DNA of 64,000 nt from an uncultured Chloroflexia bacterium. GTDB lineage: Bacteria; Chloroflexota; Limnocylindria; Limnocylindrales; CSP1-4. Positions 43,533 to 54,094 of this stretch are shown here, piece by piece. Positions within the stretch are counted from its first letter, which is position 1. Each line of letters starts with the position of its first letter. A program made the translations under genes and the position numbers. The stretch is taken from positions 672,001 to 736,000 of the forward strand of contig CAWHDR010000001.1 in the NCBI GenBank assembly GCA_963828165.1, in the 5' to 3' direction. The notes under the pieces are model-generated. The model saw only the letters and a list, made by a program, of their open reading frames with translations. It ran no database searches and was not told where the DNA came from.

Positions 43533-44432
43533 GTGAACGCGCGTCGGCTCCTGGCCCGGCTCGCACTGATCGCGAACTCGGTCCGAGAGGCGCGGGGATT
43601 CGGGCCGGTGACGATCGCGATCACGCTGCTCGTGATCGCCTGGCACGTCGTGCGCAAGGCAGACTCGATGCAGGACTTCGGTCTGGACGCTCACGCGTAT
43701 TGGGCTTTGGACGTGGCGAACCCGTATCGACTGCCAGCGGGAACGCCGGACGCGTTCCTGTACAGCCCTCCGTTCGTCCATGTCTTCGGCGTCCTGCACG
43801 TGCTGCCGTGGCCGCTCTTCCACGCATTGTGGCTCGGGGTCACGCTCGCCGCGCTGGTGTGGCTGGCCAGGGAGTGGACCCTTCCGATGTTGGCCCTGCC
43901 TCCGGTCTTCAACGAGGTGTTCTTCGGCAACATCAATCTGTTCATCGCGGTGGCGGTCGTGATCGGCCTGCGCCGACCAGCCGCTTGGGCGTTCGTGCTG
44001 TTGAGCAAAGTCACGCCAGGGATCGGTGTCCTCTGGTTTGCGGCACGAGGTGATTGGCGGAGAGTCGCGATCGCCAGCGGGATAACGGCTGGGATCGTCG
44101 CCGTGTCGTTCGCCCTCACCCCCGACCTGTGGTTCGAGTGGCTCGGCACGCTCCGCGCCTCGTCGCTGGTTCCTCCCTCGTCGGACTCGATCGCCATCCC
44201 GCTCGTGCCGCGGCTCGGAGCGGCCCTGCTGATGCTCGTCTGGGCCGGGAGGACCGGACGTCGGTGGCTGGTGCCGATCGCGGTCATGTTGTCGTTGCCG
44301 ATATTGTGGTCGGCGAGCCTGAGCATCCTCGTTGCGCTGGTACCGATCCTCCGTCCCAGGTTCCAGCGGTGGCTGGGGCAGGCACGGGCAGCTCGTACGA
44401 TCTCGAGGGCGCCGGCTTCATCGGGACCGTGA
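43533..44432 (+). CDS. GT87 / DUF2029 family (GT-C) membrane glycosyltransferase
   Basis: DAHAYW, FLYSPPF, GNINL, KVTPG and multiple TMs. Confidence 0.85.
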   Translation: MNARRLLARLALIANSVREARGFGPVTIAITLLVIAWHVVRKADSMQDFGLDAHAYWALDVANPYRLPAGTPDAFLYSPPFVHVFGVLHVLPWPLFHALWLGVTLAALVWLAREWTLPMLALPPVFNEVFFGNINLFIAVAVVIGLRRPAAWAFVLLSKVTPGIGVLWFAARGDWRRVAIASGITAGIVAVSFALTPDLWFEWLGTLRASSLVPPSSDSIAIPLVPRLGAALLMLVWAGRTGRRWLVPIAVMLSLPILWSASLSILVALVPILRPRFQRWLGQARAARTISRAPASSGP

Positions 44433-44781
44433 TCGGCCGCGACAGCCGCCCTGGCACGCTTCGGGAACCTTCGTCACGGGCGCAGGGCTGGTCGGAACCT
44501 GGACGGGCGGATCCTCGAGACCGCCCGATAGGCCCTGCGGGAACGCCCAAACGGCCTTCCCCGGATCGCGGTCTGCCATCCGTCAGAGGAAACCAGTGGT
44601 GCGAGGGTGCACCGAACTGTGGTCCTGTGAGGGAAATGGCACTTTCGTTCCTGGGCTGGGGCACGTATCCTCGACGAGACCGATTGTAGGTTCTGTCTGG
44701 GGAGACCCGCGAGCCCGGCTCATATCGCCGGCCCGGGACCAGCGGGGGATGCCTCAGCGCCGCAACGGTGGGGGAAAACGG

Positions 44782-46185
44782 ATGATTCGCCGACACGCCA
44801 CGGAACTGCGAGCCGCCATGATGCTGGCGGACATCGCGATCGCCGCCTTTCTCGCCATCGCGCTCTCGGACCTCATGTTCCCGGGCGACGAGTCGATGTT
44901 CTGGGCGGTCTCACTGCCGCAGCCCGTCTACGCGCTGGCCCTGTTGGTCAGTGCCTGGGTCCTGACGCTTTGGGTCCACGGCGCCTATCGCCTGCGAGCT
45001 CGCTGGTCGGTCGCCAGTGAGATCCGCGTACTCCTGCGCGCCTTGGTCGTCTTCGGGCTCGTTTCGTTCTCGTTCCTGTACCTGGCCAAGATCCCGGACG
45101 TCAGCCGCGGATACATGATCGTCCTCCTCGGCGTGCTGCTGGCCGGCGCCATCGGGGTGCGGGTTCTCATGCGCTGGTTCTTCGAACGTGCCCGTGTCCG
45201 TGGCAAGAACGTTCGCTCGCTGCTCGTGCTTGGGACCGGCCCGCAGGGCCGAAGCTTCGCGACGAAGCTCGCGGAGCATCCCGAGCTCGGTTTGCGGATC
45301 TTGGGGTTCCTCGGCGAGCCCACCAACGAGTTGCCTGCGCGGTGGCCATATCTGGGAACGATCGACGCGTTGCCGGACTTCATCCACGACCATGTCGTTG
45401 ACGAAGTCGCCGTCTGCCTCGTCACGGAAGACTGGGCCCTCATCGAATCGGTCACGGCGCTGTGCGAGTCGGAAGGCAAGATCGTCCGGATGCCGGTCCC
45501 GATGCCGCGCCTGTCCATCGCCACGAGCCACGTGGAGGACCTCGACGGCACGCCGGTCCTCACGCTGCTGACCGGTCCGCGCTCGTCCCTCGCGTTCGGC
45601 GGCAAGCGAGCACTCGACCTGGTCGGGGGCGCGCTCGGCCTCGCCGTCCTTTCGCCCTTGCTGCTCGGCATCGCGCTGGCGCTGATCATCACGGACGGGC
45701 GGCCGGTGCTCTATCGCCAGGAGCGCGTCGGGCTACACGGCCGGCGCTTCAGCCTGTTCAAGTTCCGGTCCATGGTCAAGGACGCCGACGCCCAGCTGGA
45801 AGGGCTCCGCAGCCAGAACGAGATCAAGGGCCACGCGTTCAAGCTGAAGGCCGATCCGAGGGTGACGAAGGTCGGTCTCTTCCTGCGTCGCTCGAGCCTC
45901 GACGAGCTCCCCCAGCTGCTGAACGTCCTGCGGGGCGAGATGAGCCTGGTGGGCCCGCGTCCGCCGCTCCCGACCGAGGTGCAGGCGTACGACGATTGGC
46001 ACCGCCGCCGCCTCTCGATGAAGCCAGGGATGACCGGGCTCTGGCAGATCGAAGGACGCAATGAGATCGAGTTCGATCACTGGGTCAAGAAGGACCTGGA
46101 GTACATCGATCGTTGGTCGCCGTGGCTGGACATCATGATCATCCTGCGGACGATCCCGGCGATGCTTCGAGCCGAGGGCCGCTGA
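44782..46185 (+). CDS. Priming polyprenyl-phosphate glycosylphosphotransferase (WcaJ/CpsE-like sugar transferase)
   Basis: Four N-terminal TMs, KRALD, FKFRSM, DPRVT, SLDELPQLLNVLRGEMSLVGPRP, KPGMTGLWQ. Confidence 0.95.
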   Translation: MIRRHATELRAAMMLADIAIAAFLAIALSDLMFPGDESMFWAVSLPQPVYALALLVSAWVLTLWVHGAYRLRARWSVASEIRVLLRALVVFGLVSFSFLYLAKIPDVSRGYMIVLLGVLLAGAIGVRVLMRWFFERARVRGKNVRSLLVLGTGPQGRSFATKLAEHPELGLRILGFLGEPTNELPARWPYLGTIDALPDFIHDHVVDEVAVCLVTEDWALIESVTALCESEGKIVRMPVPMPRLSIATSHVEDLDGTPVLTLLTGPRSSLAFGGKRALDLVGGALGLAVLSPLLLGIALALIITDGRPVLYRQERVGLHGRRFSLFKFRSMVKDADAQLEGLRSQNEIKGHAFKLKADPRVTKVGLFLRRSSLDELPQLLNVLRGEMSLVGPRPPLPTEVQAYDDWHRRRLSMKPGMTGLWQIEGRNEIEFDHWVKKDLEYIDRWSPWLDIMIILRTIPAMLRAEGR

Positions 46186-46210
46186 CAGTCGGCGATCCGG
46201 CGACGCTGCG

Positions 46211-46990
46211 TCAGCGAGGTCGCCTGAGCCGCGGGTGCCGCCCGGTCAAGCGGGACTGGACCAGCAAGATCACGAATCGCGTGTTCGTCACGAGGTACCG
46301 TCGCGCCAGCCGTCGCGGCTCCGCCGCCAGTCGGTACAGCCACTCGAGCCCGCGTCGCTGCATCCAGGCTGGCGCGCGGCGCAGCCCACCGCTGTGGAAG
46401 TCGAAGGCTGCACCCACGGCCAGCACGACGGCGGCATCCAGCGCGGGCCGATGGCGGGCGGCCCACAGGTCCTGCTTGGGTGCGCCGAGTCCGACCCACA
46501 CGTAATCGGGGCGAGCGGCGTTGATCAGCGCGACGTCGGCCGCCTCGTCCTCGGCCGACCGGGCACCGAACGGGGGCGAGTAGGTGCCGACCACGTCCAG
46601 GCCTGGATAGGCGGCCTGCATCCGCTCGGCCAGCAGGTCAGCGACCCCCGGAGCACCGCCGTAGAAGTAGTGCCTGGCGTTGGTCGCGCGTGACCGATCG
46701 AGCAGCGCGGGCATGACGTCAGGGCCGCACACGCGCTCCACGGCCCGGCCCTGGACTTTCCCGACCCACATCACCGGCATGCCATCCGGCAACGCCAGCG
46801 AGTCCGGGGCGCTGAACGCCGCGAGGAGGACCGGGTCATCGGCGGCGGCCACGAGGGAATGCACCGTGCAGAAGTGCACGTGGACCCGCCGGCCGTCGGC
46901 CGGGGCAGACGCGAGCAGGAGCAACGCATCCTCGAAGGTGATCGCCGCGATCGGCGTCCCGATGACGGGGTAGCGGGGCGGCGATTCCAC
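46211..46990 (-). CDS. WecG/TagA/CpsF family glycosyltransferase (GT26)
   Basis: PDGMP, RVCGPD, WVGLGAPKQD, VGAAFDF, RAPAWMQ, GLEWLYRL, EPRRL. Confidence 0.94.
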   Translation of the reverse strand: MESPPRYPVIGTPIAAITFEDALLLLASAPADGRRVHVHFCTVHSLVAAADDPVLLAAFSAPDSLALPDGMPVMWVGKVQGRAVERVCGPDVMPALLDRSRATNARHYFYGGAPGVADLLAERMQAAYPGLDVVGTYSPPFGARSAEDEAADVALINAARPDYVWVGLGAPKQDLWAARHRPALDAAVVLAVGAAFDFHSGGLRRAPAWMQRRGLEWLYRLAAEPRRLARRYLVTNTRFVILLVQSRLTGRHPRLRRPR

Positions 46991-47389
46991 GGTGGTTCGT
47001 TCCTTCTTTCCGGTCGATGTCGACGACGACCGACGACGATGCACGGAATGCGGACGGTAGCAGGCGCGGCGGTTCATGGTCAGTGGTCCTGCACTCGACT
47101 GACCCAGCCGAGGGGTGCCCACCACCCCAGACCCTCCCGGACCGGACCGCCCGCGGCGACCGCGCCATGCATCGTGGCGACGACGCCAGACCATCGGGCC
47201 ACAGACGTGGGGCGTGCGAGACGCCAGGGTTGACAGAGCGAGCGATCGATCGGGCTCACCGTCGCCAGGCGGGTCGGACCGGACTGCGGAGCCTGCAACG
47301 CCGGAACCGGTGGAGTCACGTGGAGACCGCAAGGGACTCCAGGGCCGCCGGTCCGTCGACCCCCAACCGCCCGCCGACGAGGTGAAAAC

Positions 47390-48739
47390 GTGCGACGAAT
47401 CGACATCGCGGCTCCGGCCGTCCCGCTGACCCAGGATCCAAATGGTCGGCGTCAGCGGGTCTACCGTGCGCTCGGGGCCCTGGCGATCGCCGTCGCGGTG
47501 ATCGGAGCCCCGGGAGTCGGGCCGCAGCGCGACGGATCGGTCGATGCCGCGTCGACGTGCATCTCGTTCATCGCCGGACGCTTCGACGCATCGGGAGTCG
47601 ATGCGCAGAACCTCAACGGCGAGTGGGTCACGATCAAGAATTCGTGCACCAAGACCGTCTCGCTCTACGGCTGGAAGATCCGTGATCGAGACCGCCACAC
47701 GTACGGTTTCCGTTCTGGCAGGAAGATCTCAGCCGGGGCGGCGATCAAGGTCCACTCCGGCAGGGGGGCCGGCACGGCACGCCACGTCTACATGGGTCGA
47801 CGCACCGTGATGTGGAACAACCGTTCCTGGGAGCGGGCCTACCTTTACAACCCCGCGGGTGCGCGGGTATCGATCTGGCCCCGTACCTCGATCCCAGCGC
47901 CACTGCCGCCACCGCCGACGACGACGACCTCCAATCCATGGTCCGTGGCATTCCTGAGCCGTCCGAACTCCGGCGCGATCCGGAAGACGGGGAACTGCGA
48001 CAACCTGGTCATCCAGAACCGGACGTTCAAGGACCTGGGCGCCGACGTCGAGGCGATCCACCTCGAGAACTGCCACAACGTGACGATCCGGGCGAACGAC
48101 TTCGCGCGAGTCGCACAAGGCATCACGGTGCTCCGATCGACCAACGTCCGCATCGAGTGGAACCGCTATCTCGACATCAAGGGCCCCCACGAGCGCGTCG
48201 GCAAGCATCGCGCGAACTTCGTCCAGCTCGTGGACGTCAGTCGCGGTCGCATCTATCACAACAAGGGCAAGGGTGGGGACACCGAGGACATCGTCAGCAT
48301 GTACCACTCGGGTGGGACGTCGACGTCGCCGTTCATCATCGACCACAACCACTTCGAGGGTACGAACTGGACGTCGTCGTCCGGGTCCGGGATCGCGCTG
48401 GGCGACGGGTCGTCCGCCTATTCCATCGCGCGCAATAACACGCTCCTGAACGTTGGGCAGGTCGGGCTGTTCATCGCCGGTGGGACCCACCACAAGATCC
48501 TGGACAACACCATCTACGGAGAGCGCCGCGACAATTCGAACGTCGGCCTGTACGTCTGGAACCAGTCCGACAGCAGCTGTTCCGGCCACGAGGTCTCCGG
48601 AAATCGGGTCCGATGGCGCAACGAGGATGGCGCATCCAACCCCGCCTGGAACGCGGACAACTGTGGGACGGTTGCGGGCTGGTCGAGCAACAACTGGAGC
48701 GCCCTCCTGGACCTGGCCAAGCTACGCGTCGGCCTCTGA
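47390..48739 (+). CDS. Secreted lamin-tail-domain + right-handed beta-helix protein (paralog 3)
   Basis: Signal/TM; LTD motifs NGEWVTIKN, SLYGWKIRD, VHSG, WNN; poly-P/T linker; beta-helix with GDTEDIVS and GSGIALGDG. Confidence 0.87.
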   Translation: MRRIDIAAPAVPLTQDPNGRRQRVYRALGALAIAVAVIGAPGVGPQRDGSVDAASTCISFIAGRFDASGVDAQNLNGEWVTIKNSCTKTVSLYGWKIRDRDRHTYGFRSGRKISAGAAIKVHSGRGAGTARHVYMGRRTVMWNNRSWERAYLYNPAGARVSIWPRTSIPAPLPPPPTTTTSNPWSVAFLSRPNSGAIRKTGNCDNLVIQNRTFKDLGADVEAIHLENCHNVTIRANDFARVAQGITVLRSTNVRIEWNRYLDIKGPHERVGKHRANFVQLVDVSRGRIYHNKGKGGDTEDIVSMYHSGGTSTSPFIIDHNHFEGTNWTSSSGSGIALGDGSSAYSIARNNTLLNVGQVGLFIAGGTHHKILDNTIYGERRDNSNVGLYVWNQSDSSCSGHEVSGNRVRWRNEDGASNPAWNADNCGTVAGWSSNNWSALLDLAKLRVGL

Positions 48740-48907
48740 CGAGGCGCCGTGGGTTCTCCGCTGCCATCGGAGCGGCATGCACGCGGCAAACCCCAGGGAC
48801 CTCCGGGTCATGCCGTGCGCAACGAAGGTCCGGTGGAACATGAGCGCGGCACCTGCGAGGCTATGTCCGGGCCGGGTCGCACACCCGGCGGATCTCTGAG
48901 GAGAGGC

Positions 48908-49090
48908 ATGGACCTCACGCCGTTCTTCCTGGTCATCGCTGGGGTCAACATCGGCACGCTCGCGGCGGGCACCGCACTGGCCATCTATCGAACGCACCGC
49001 GACGGACGCGTCGACGTGCCTGAGGGCGGCCGTTCACCTGATCGCTCAGCCCGCCGTCAGACCTCCGTTCTGGCAGGCCGATCGGACTGA
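48908..49090 (+). CDS. Small single-TM protein (60 aa)
   Basis: RBS GAGGAG; MDLTPFFLVIAGVNIGTLAAGTALAIYRTHR... Confidence 0.55.
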   Translation: MDLTPFFLVIAGVNIGTLAAGTALAIYRTHRDGRVDVPEGGRSPDRSARRQTSVLAGRSD

Positions 49091-49151
49091 ATTCGCCAAT
49101 AGGGCGATCTCCTCATGGACGGGCGTCCGAGCCATGGCGCAGTATCCAGGC

Positions 49152-49295
49152 ATGGAGATCGCCATCACGGCATTTCTCGTCGCCTCCGCAGCGAGCGCTG
49201 CGGTGCTGGTCATCGGCGTCGGGCTTGCCGTGTATCGTGGCTGGCGGCCCTCCTATCGAAGGCTGAGCAGGCGACGACGCGTCCCGATCGAGTGA
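49152..49295 (+). CDS. Small single-TM protein (47 aa), below the ORF-track cut-off
   Basis: Manual translation MEIAITAFLVASAASAAVLVIGVGLAVYRGWRPSYRRLSRRRRVPIE; resembles the preceding small protein. Confidence 0.55.
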   Translation: MEIAITAFLVASAASAAVLVIGVGLAVYRGWRPSYRRLSRRRRVPIE

Positions 49296-49304
49296 TCGCC
49301 CTAC

Positions 49305-49682
49305 TTGGCTGACTCCGTCCGGGGACGCCGCCCGACACGGATCATCGCCGTTCTCGGATGGGTCGTGATCGGCGGCGTCATGGTCCGAGTCCTATCCGGC
49401 GGGGGCACGGTCCGAGGCGTGGGTTACGTGCTCGGGACGGAACCCGCCGCCCTCGTGGCGCTGCTCCTGGCAAGCCTTGCCGTCGCCGTCCTCGCGATCC
49501 TGGGTCTCGCTCGGGACGCGTCCTGGGCTTTGGACGTTTCCAACGCCGGGGCGGGGATCGCGCTTGCCACGAGTGTTCTCCTGGCACTTGACGGACACGA
49601 TTCCGCGAACGTCGCGGTGCTTGCCGCCGTCGTGGTGCTCGTGACCGGACTCCTCGGAGGGATGCGCACGCGCCACGGCTGA
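49305..49682 (+). CDS. Small 4-TM hypothetical membrane protein
   Basis: Four hydrophobic segments over 125 aa. Confidence 0.6.
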   Translation: MADSVRGRRPTRIIAVLGWVVIGGVMVRVLSGGGTVRGVGYVLGTEPAALVALLLASLAVAVLAILGLARDASWALDVSNAGAGIALATSVLLALDGHDSANVAVLAAVVVLVTGLLGGMRTRHG

Positions 49683-49864
49683 GGCGGACGAATTGGGTGC
49701 CTTCACGCACCGAACGGGCCCCAATGGGCGATGTCTTTCGATCCTCTCCACTACAGTACTTCTGGCGGCGCCACCCAGGAAGGATGCTGTCGGCGCCCTG
49801 TCCGTTGTCGATAACGGATGGGCACGCTCCAACAGCGGGGCACTGATCGTGGGGGAAACGAGTC

Positions 49865-52800
49865 GTGAAGCCGCGAGCACATCCCTGGCCTGCCATCCTC
49901 GCGATGGCCGCGGCGCTGGCCGCGCTGCTGCCGATCGGTACACCTTCGGTCGTCGACGCCCGGGGTCCGGCGGACGGCACCTGCCAGGAACGCCTCTTCG
50001 ACGAGACGGCTTCCCCTCGCGCCGACTGCGTCGAGCTGGAAACGGGCACCGTCGAGGCGACGCTCGATGCGCTCCCGTCCGGCTTCACGGAATCGATCGT
50101 CTTCAGCACTGGCCTGGAGAACCCGACGAATATCGAGTTCGCCGCAGATGGCCGGGTCTTCGTGGCCGAGAAGAGCGGCACCCTGAAGGTCTACGACAGC
50201 GTCGCCGATCCGACGCCGACGGCTTTCACGGACCTGAAGACGAACGTCCACAACTTCTGGGATCGGGGGCTGCTCGGGCTCGCGCTCGACCCGAGCCTGA
50301 CGGACCCCGCGTTGCCATCGCGGCCATGGGTGTATGTCCTGTACACCTACGACCATGTCCTCGGTGGCGGTGGGCCCGTCGGAAGTCGCAACGATGGCTG
50401 TCCGACGCCGCCAGGAGCGACGGCAGACGGCTGCGTGGTCAGCGGCCGGCTCTCGCGGTTCAGTGTCAGCGGGAGCACGATCTCCGGACCAGAGACGGTC
50501 CTCATCGAGGACTGGTGCCAGCAGTACCCGAGCCACTCGGTCGGGGCACTCGGGTTCGGTCCCGACGGGGCCCTCTATGTCAGCGCGGGCGACGGAGCGA
50601 GCTTCAACAACGTCGACTATGGCCAATATGGCGGGACGCTCGGAGGGACACCCACCCCGAAGAATCCATGTGGCGACCCGCCGGCCGACGGGATGGCGCC
50701 GCCGACCGCCGAAGGCGGTGCGCTTCGGAGCCAGGACCTGCGCACGGAGGGACCGACTGATCCGGCGACCCTCGACGGGGCGGTCCTGCGGGTGGATCCG
50801 ATCACCGGCGCGGCCCACCCCGGCAACCCGTTCGCCTCGAGCAGCGACCCCAACAAGCAGCGCGTGATCGCGTACGGCCTGCGCAACCCCTTCCGATTCG
50901 AATTCCGACCTGGGACGGACGAGCTATGGGTCGGGGACGTCGGCTGGTCGGCTCGGGAGGAGATCAATCGGATCGCCGACGCGAATGACGCGACGGTGGA
51001 GAACTTCGGCTGGCCGTGCTACGAGGGGCTGGTCCGCTCGCCCGGCTACGACGGCGCGGACCTGGAGCTGTGCGAGGACTTCTACGCCGAGGGCTCGAGC
51101 GCGATGACGACGGCCGTCTACCAGTACGCCCACAGCGGCCACGTCGTCGCGAACGAGACCTGTCCGACGGGCAGCTCATCGACCACGGGCATCGCCTTCT
51201 ACCCGGAGACGGGCGGCACCTTCCCTGCTGCCTACCGCGGCGCGATGTTCTTCGCCGACCACAGCCGCAACTGCATCTGGTGGATGGCCAAGGGATCCAA
51301 TGGCCAGCCGGACCCTGCGACCCGAGCGGTCTTCCTCGCCCCGGCGGCGAACCCGGTCGACCTCGAGATCGGCCTCGACGGGGCGCTGTACTACGCGGAC
51401 TTCGACTCGAACTCCATCCGCCGCGTGATGTACTCCTCGAACCAGCCGCCGACCGCGGTCGCGGCGGCCGACCCCACCAGTGGGGCAGCTCCGCTGACCG
51501 TGGAGTTCGACGGGACCGGGTCGAGCGACCCTGAGGAAGCCGCGCTGTCGTACGCCTGGGACCTCGATGACGACGGGGCATTCGACGATTCGACGAGCCC
51601 GACGCCGACCCGGGTGTACAGCAGCCAGGCGAGTGTGACCGTCCGCCTTCGCGTGACCGATCCGGCGGGCCTCGCCGACACCGACACCGTCCAGATCTCG
51701 GTCGCCAACACGCCACCCGTCCCAACGATCCAGACGCCCTCGAACGGCACGAAGGCCGGCGCCGGCCAGCAGGTCACGTTCTCCGGATCAGCCAGCGACG
51801 CCCAGGATGGGAACCTCGCCGCCAGCCGACTGTCGTGGCTGCTGCGGATCCAGCACTGTCCTGACAGCTGCCATGCGCACGACATCGAGACGTTCGCCGG
51901 GGTCGCCTCTGGCGCGTTCGTGGCGCCCGATCACGAGTACCCGTCTCATCTGGAGCTGATCCTCACCGCCACCGACAGCAATGGCGCGTCGAACTCGGTC
52001 ACCCGCCAGATCGACTACCGAACGGTTCCCCTGGAGTTCCGGTCCGTCCCGAGCGGGCTGTCGCTCACCGTCAACGGGACCGCCTCCACGACGCCGTTCA
52101 CGCGGACGGTGATCCAGGGCTCCGCGAACTCGGTCTCGGCGACGACGCCACAGACGGTCGGATCGACGACCTACAGCTTCGCCTCATGGTCCGACTCCGG
52201 AGCCGCCACGCACACGATCACGGCCGGGGCGGCCGCCGCGACGTATACCGCCACCTATTCGCATCCCGACGTCACCGCCCCGAGCGGCTCGGTCACGATC
52301 GCGGGCGGCCGGGCCGTGACGGCGACGTCGTCGGTCACGCTGGCGGTGCCGGCGACCGACGCGGACTCGAGCGTCAGCGAGGTCGAGCTGTCCAACGACG
52401 GGATCGCATTCACCAACCGGCCGTATGCCAGCTCGCAGCCCTGGACCCTGCCGGCCACGAATGGCACCCGGACCGTGTACGTCCGATGGAAGGACACGGC
52501 CGGCAACTGGAGTGCCGTCAAGACCGACACGATCGTGCTCGACACGGTCGCCCCGACGGCGACCGAGCCGCGCCGCGGGCTGGTCGCGGCGACGACCATC
52601 GATGCCGGCCGGAGCACCCTGCGCGTGCCCTGGTCGGGCGCGGACGCCACGAGCGGGATCGCCCGTTACGAGCTGCTCCAGAGCACGGACGGCGGTCCGT
52701 GGACGGTCGTATCGACGACGCTGACCAGCCCGACCGCCGACCGCTCCCTCGCCAGCCTGCACACGTACCGCTTCCGGGTCCGGCCAGTCGACAAGGCCGG

Positions 52801-53210
52801 CAACGTCGGAGCGTGGGTCTTCGGCTCCCCGTTCTGGCTGGCCCGCTACAGCGAGTTCAACCGTGCGATCGCCTACAGCGGGCTCGTGGACGACCGTGTC
52901 GGACCCGGCGGCCTACTGGGGCGGCGCGGCCAAGCGCTCGGCCACGGCCGGAGCTCAGGCGACGCTGTCCTTCACCGGGCGCGCAGCCGCGTGGGTCGCG
53001 CGGACCGGGCCCAACCGCGGGGTAGCGACGGTCTATGTCAACGGCACCCAGGTGGCGACGGTCAACCTCAACACGCCCGCCTACCAGAACCAGCGGGTCG
53101 TGTGGGCTCGCAACTGGTCGACCTCGGCCGCCCGCACGGTCACCATCCGCGTGGCCGGCACCCCGGGCCATCCGCTCGTCGATGTCGACGCGTTCGTGTC
53201 CGCGGACTAG
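49865..53210 (+). CDS. Secreted PQQ-dependent sugar dehydrogenase-like (GSDH) beta-propeller + PKD + Ig/FN3 domains; +1 frameshift near 52881
   Basis: DRGLLGLALDP, FGPDGALYVSAGDG, AYGLRNPFR, WVGDVG, NFGWP; PKD (FDGTGSSDPE, YAWDLD). Removing one G of GGG 52880-52882 continues into SWTTVSDPAAYWGG...VDAFVSAD, stop 53210. Confidence 0.85.
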
Positions 53211-54094
53211 GGCCTGACCTGGGGATCCTGATCGACGGTCGTGCCGCCGCGATCGCCCACTTCGCGGCCGCTGTCCGCGAGCCGTTCCTCGTATCGGCGA
53301 TCGCGCCAGGCGAGTGCTGCCTTGAGGCCGTCGCGGCGGACGATCGAGTCCCATTCGCGCTGCTCGGGCGTGTCCGCCGCGTTGATGATCGCGCCCAGGT
53401 CGAGGCCCGCCTCCACGGCGAGGCGGAACCCGGCGACGTCCATGGCTCGATTGAGCATCCGCTTCGTCGGGCCCATGACCTCGGGGGGCGTCCGGGCAAG
53501 GCGGTCGGCCAGGCGATCGACCTCCGCGGCGAGTGCGTCCGCGGGCACGACGCGGTTGATCAGCCCGATGCGTTCCCCTTCCGCGGCGTCGATCAGGTCG
53601 CCGGTCAACAACAGCTCCCGTGTCCGCTTCTGGCCGATCAGAAATGGCATCAGCAGCGTCACGGGCGCCGACCCGTAGCGGATCTCCGGCTCACCGAGTT
53701 TCGTGCCATCGGCGGCGACGACGAGGTCGCAGGCCATTGCGAGCTCGAGGCCACCGGCCAGCGCATAGCCGTGGACCTGGGCGATCACGGGCTTGGGCGA
53801 GTCGAGGAACCGGAGCGTGGCCGCCACATCGGCCGCCAGCAGCTCCCGCCATGCGACCGGCCCACCGATCGCACCCTCGGCTTCCTCGGTGAGGTCGTAC
53901 CCGGACGAGAAGGCCCGGCCGGCGCCCTCGAGGACGATGACTCGGACGGCCTCGTCGGCTTCCGCTTCGTCGAGGGCGGCGACGAGCGCGGCCACGAGCG
54001 CGCCGTTGAGGGCGTTGAGCTTCGCCGGACGGTTCAGCGTGAGTCGGACGCCCCACGGCGTGCGTGCGGTGAGGAGGACGGGCTCGTCAGGCAT
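53207..54094 (-). CDS. Enoyl-CoA hydratase/isomerase family
   Basis: LNRPAKLNAL, AFSSGYDL, HGYALAGGLELAMACD, GEPE. Confidence 0.93.
   Translation of the reverse strand: MPDEPVLLTARTPWGVRLTLNRPAKLNALNGALVAALVAALDEAEADEAVRVIVLEGAGRAFSSGYDLTEEAEGAIGGPVAWRELLAADVAATLRFLDSPKPVIAQVHGYALAGGLELAMACDLVVAADGTKLGEPEIRYGSAPVTLLMPFLIGQKRTRELLLTGDLIDAAEGERIGLINRVVPADALAAEVDRLADRLARTPPEVMGPTKRMLNRAMDVAGFRLAVEAGLDLGAIINAADTPEQREWDSIVRRDGLKAALAWRDRRYEERLADSGREVGDRGGTTVDQDPQVRP

Noticed and set aside
48775-48830. GGCAAACCCC resembling a second GEMM riboswitch
   Set aside because: Lacks the GNRA-capped P2, GCAAAGC and P3 elements; only a simple hairpin (CGGCATG/CATGCCG).
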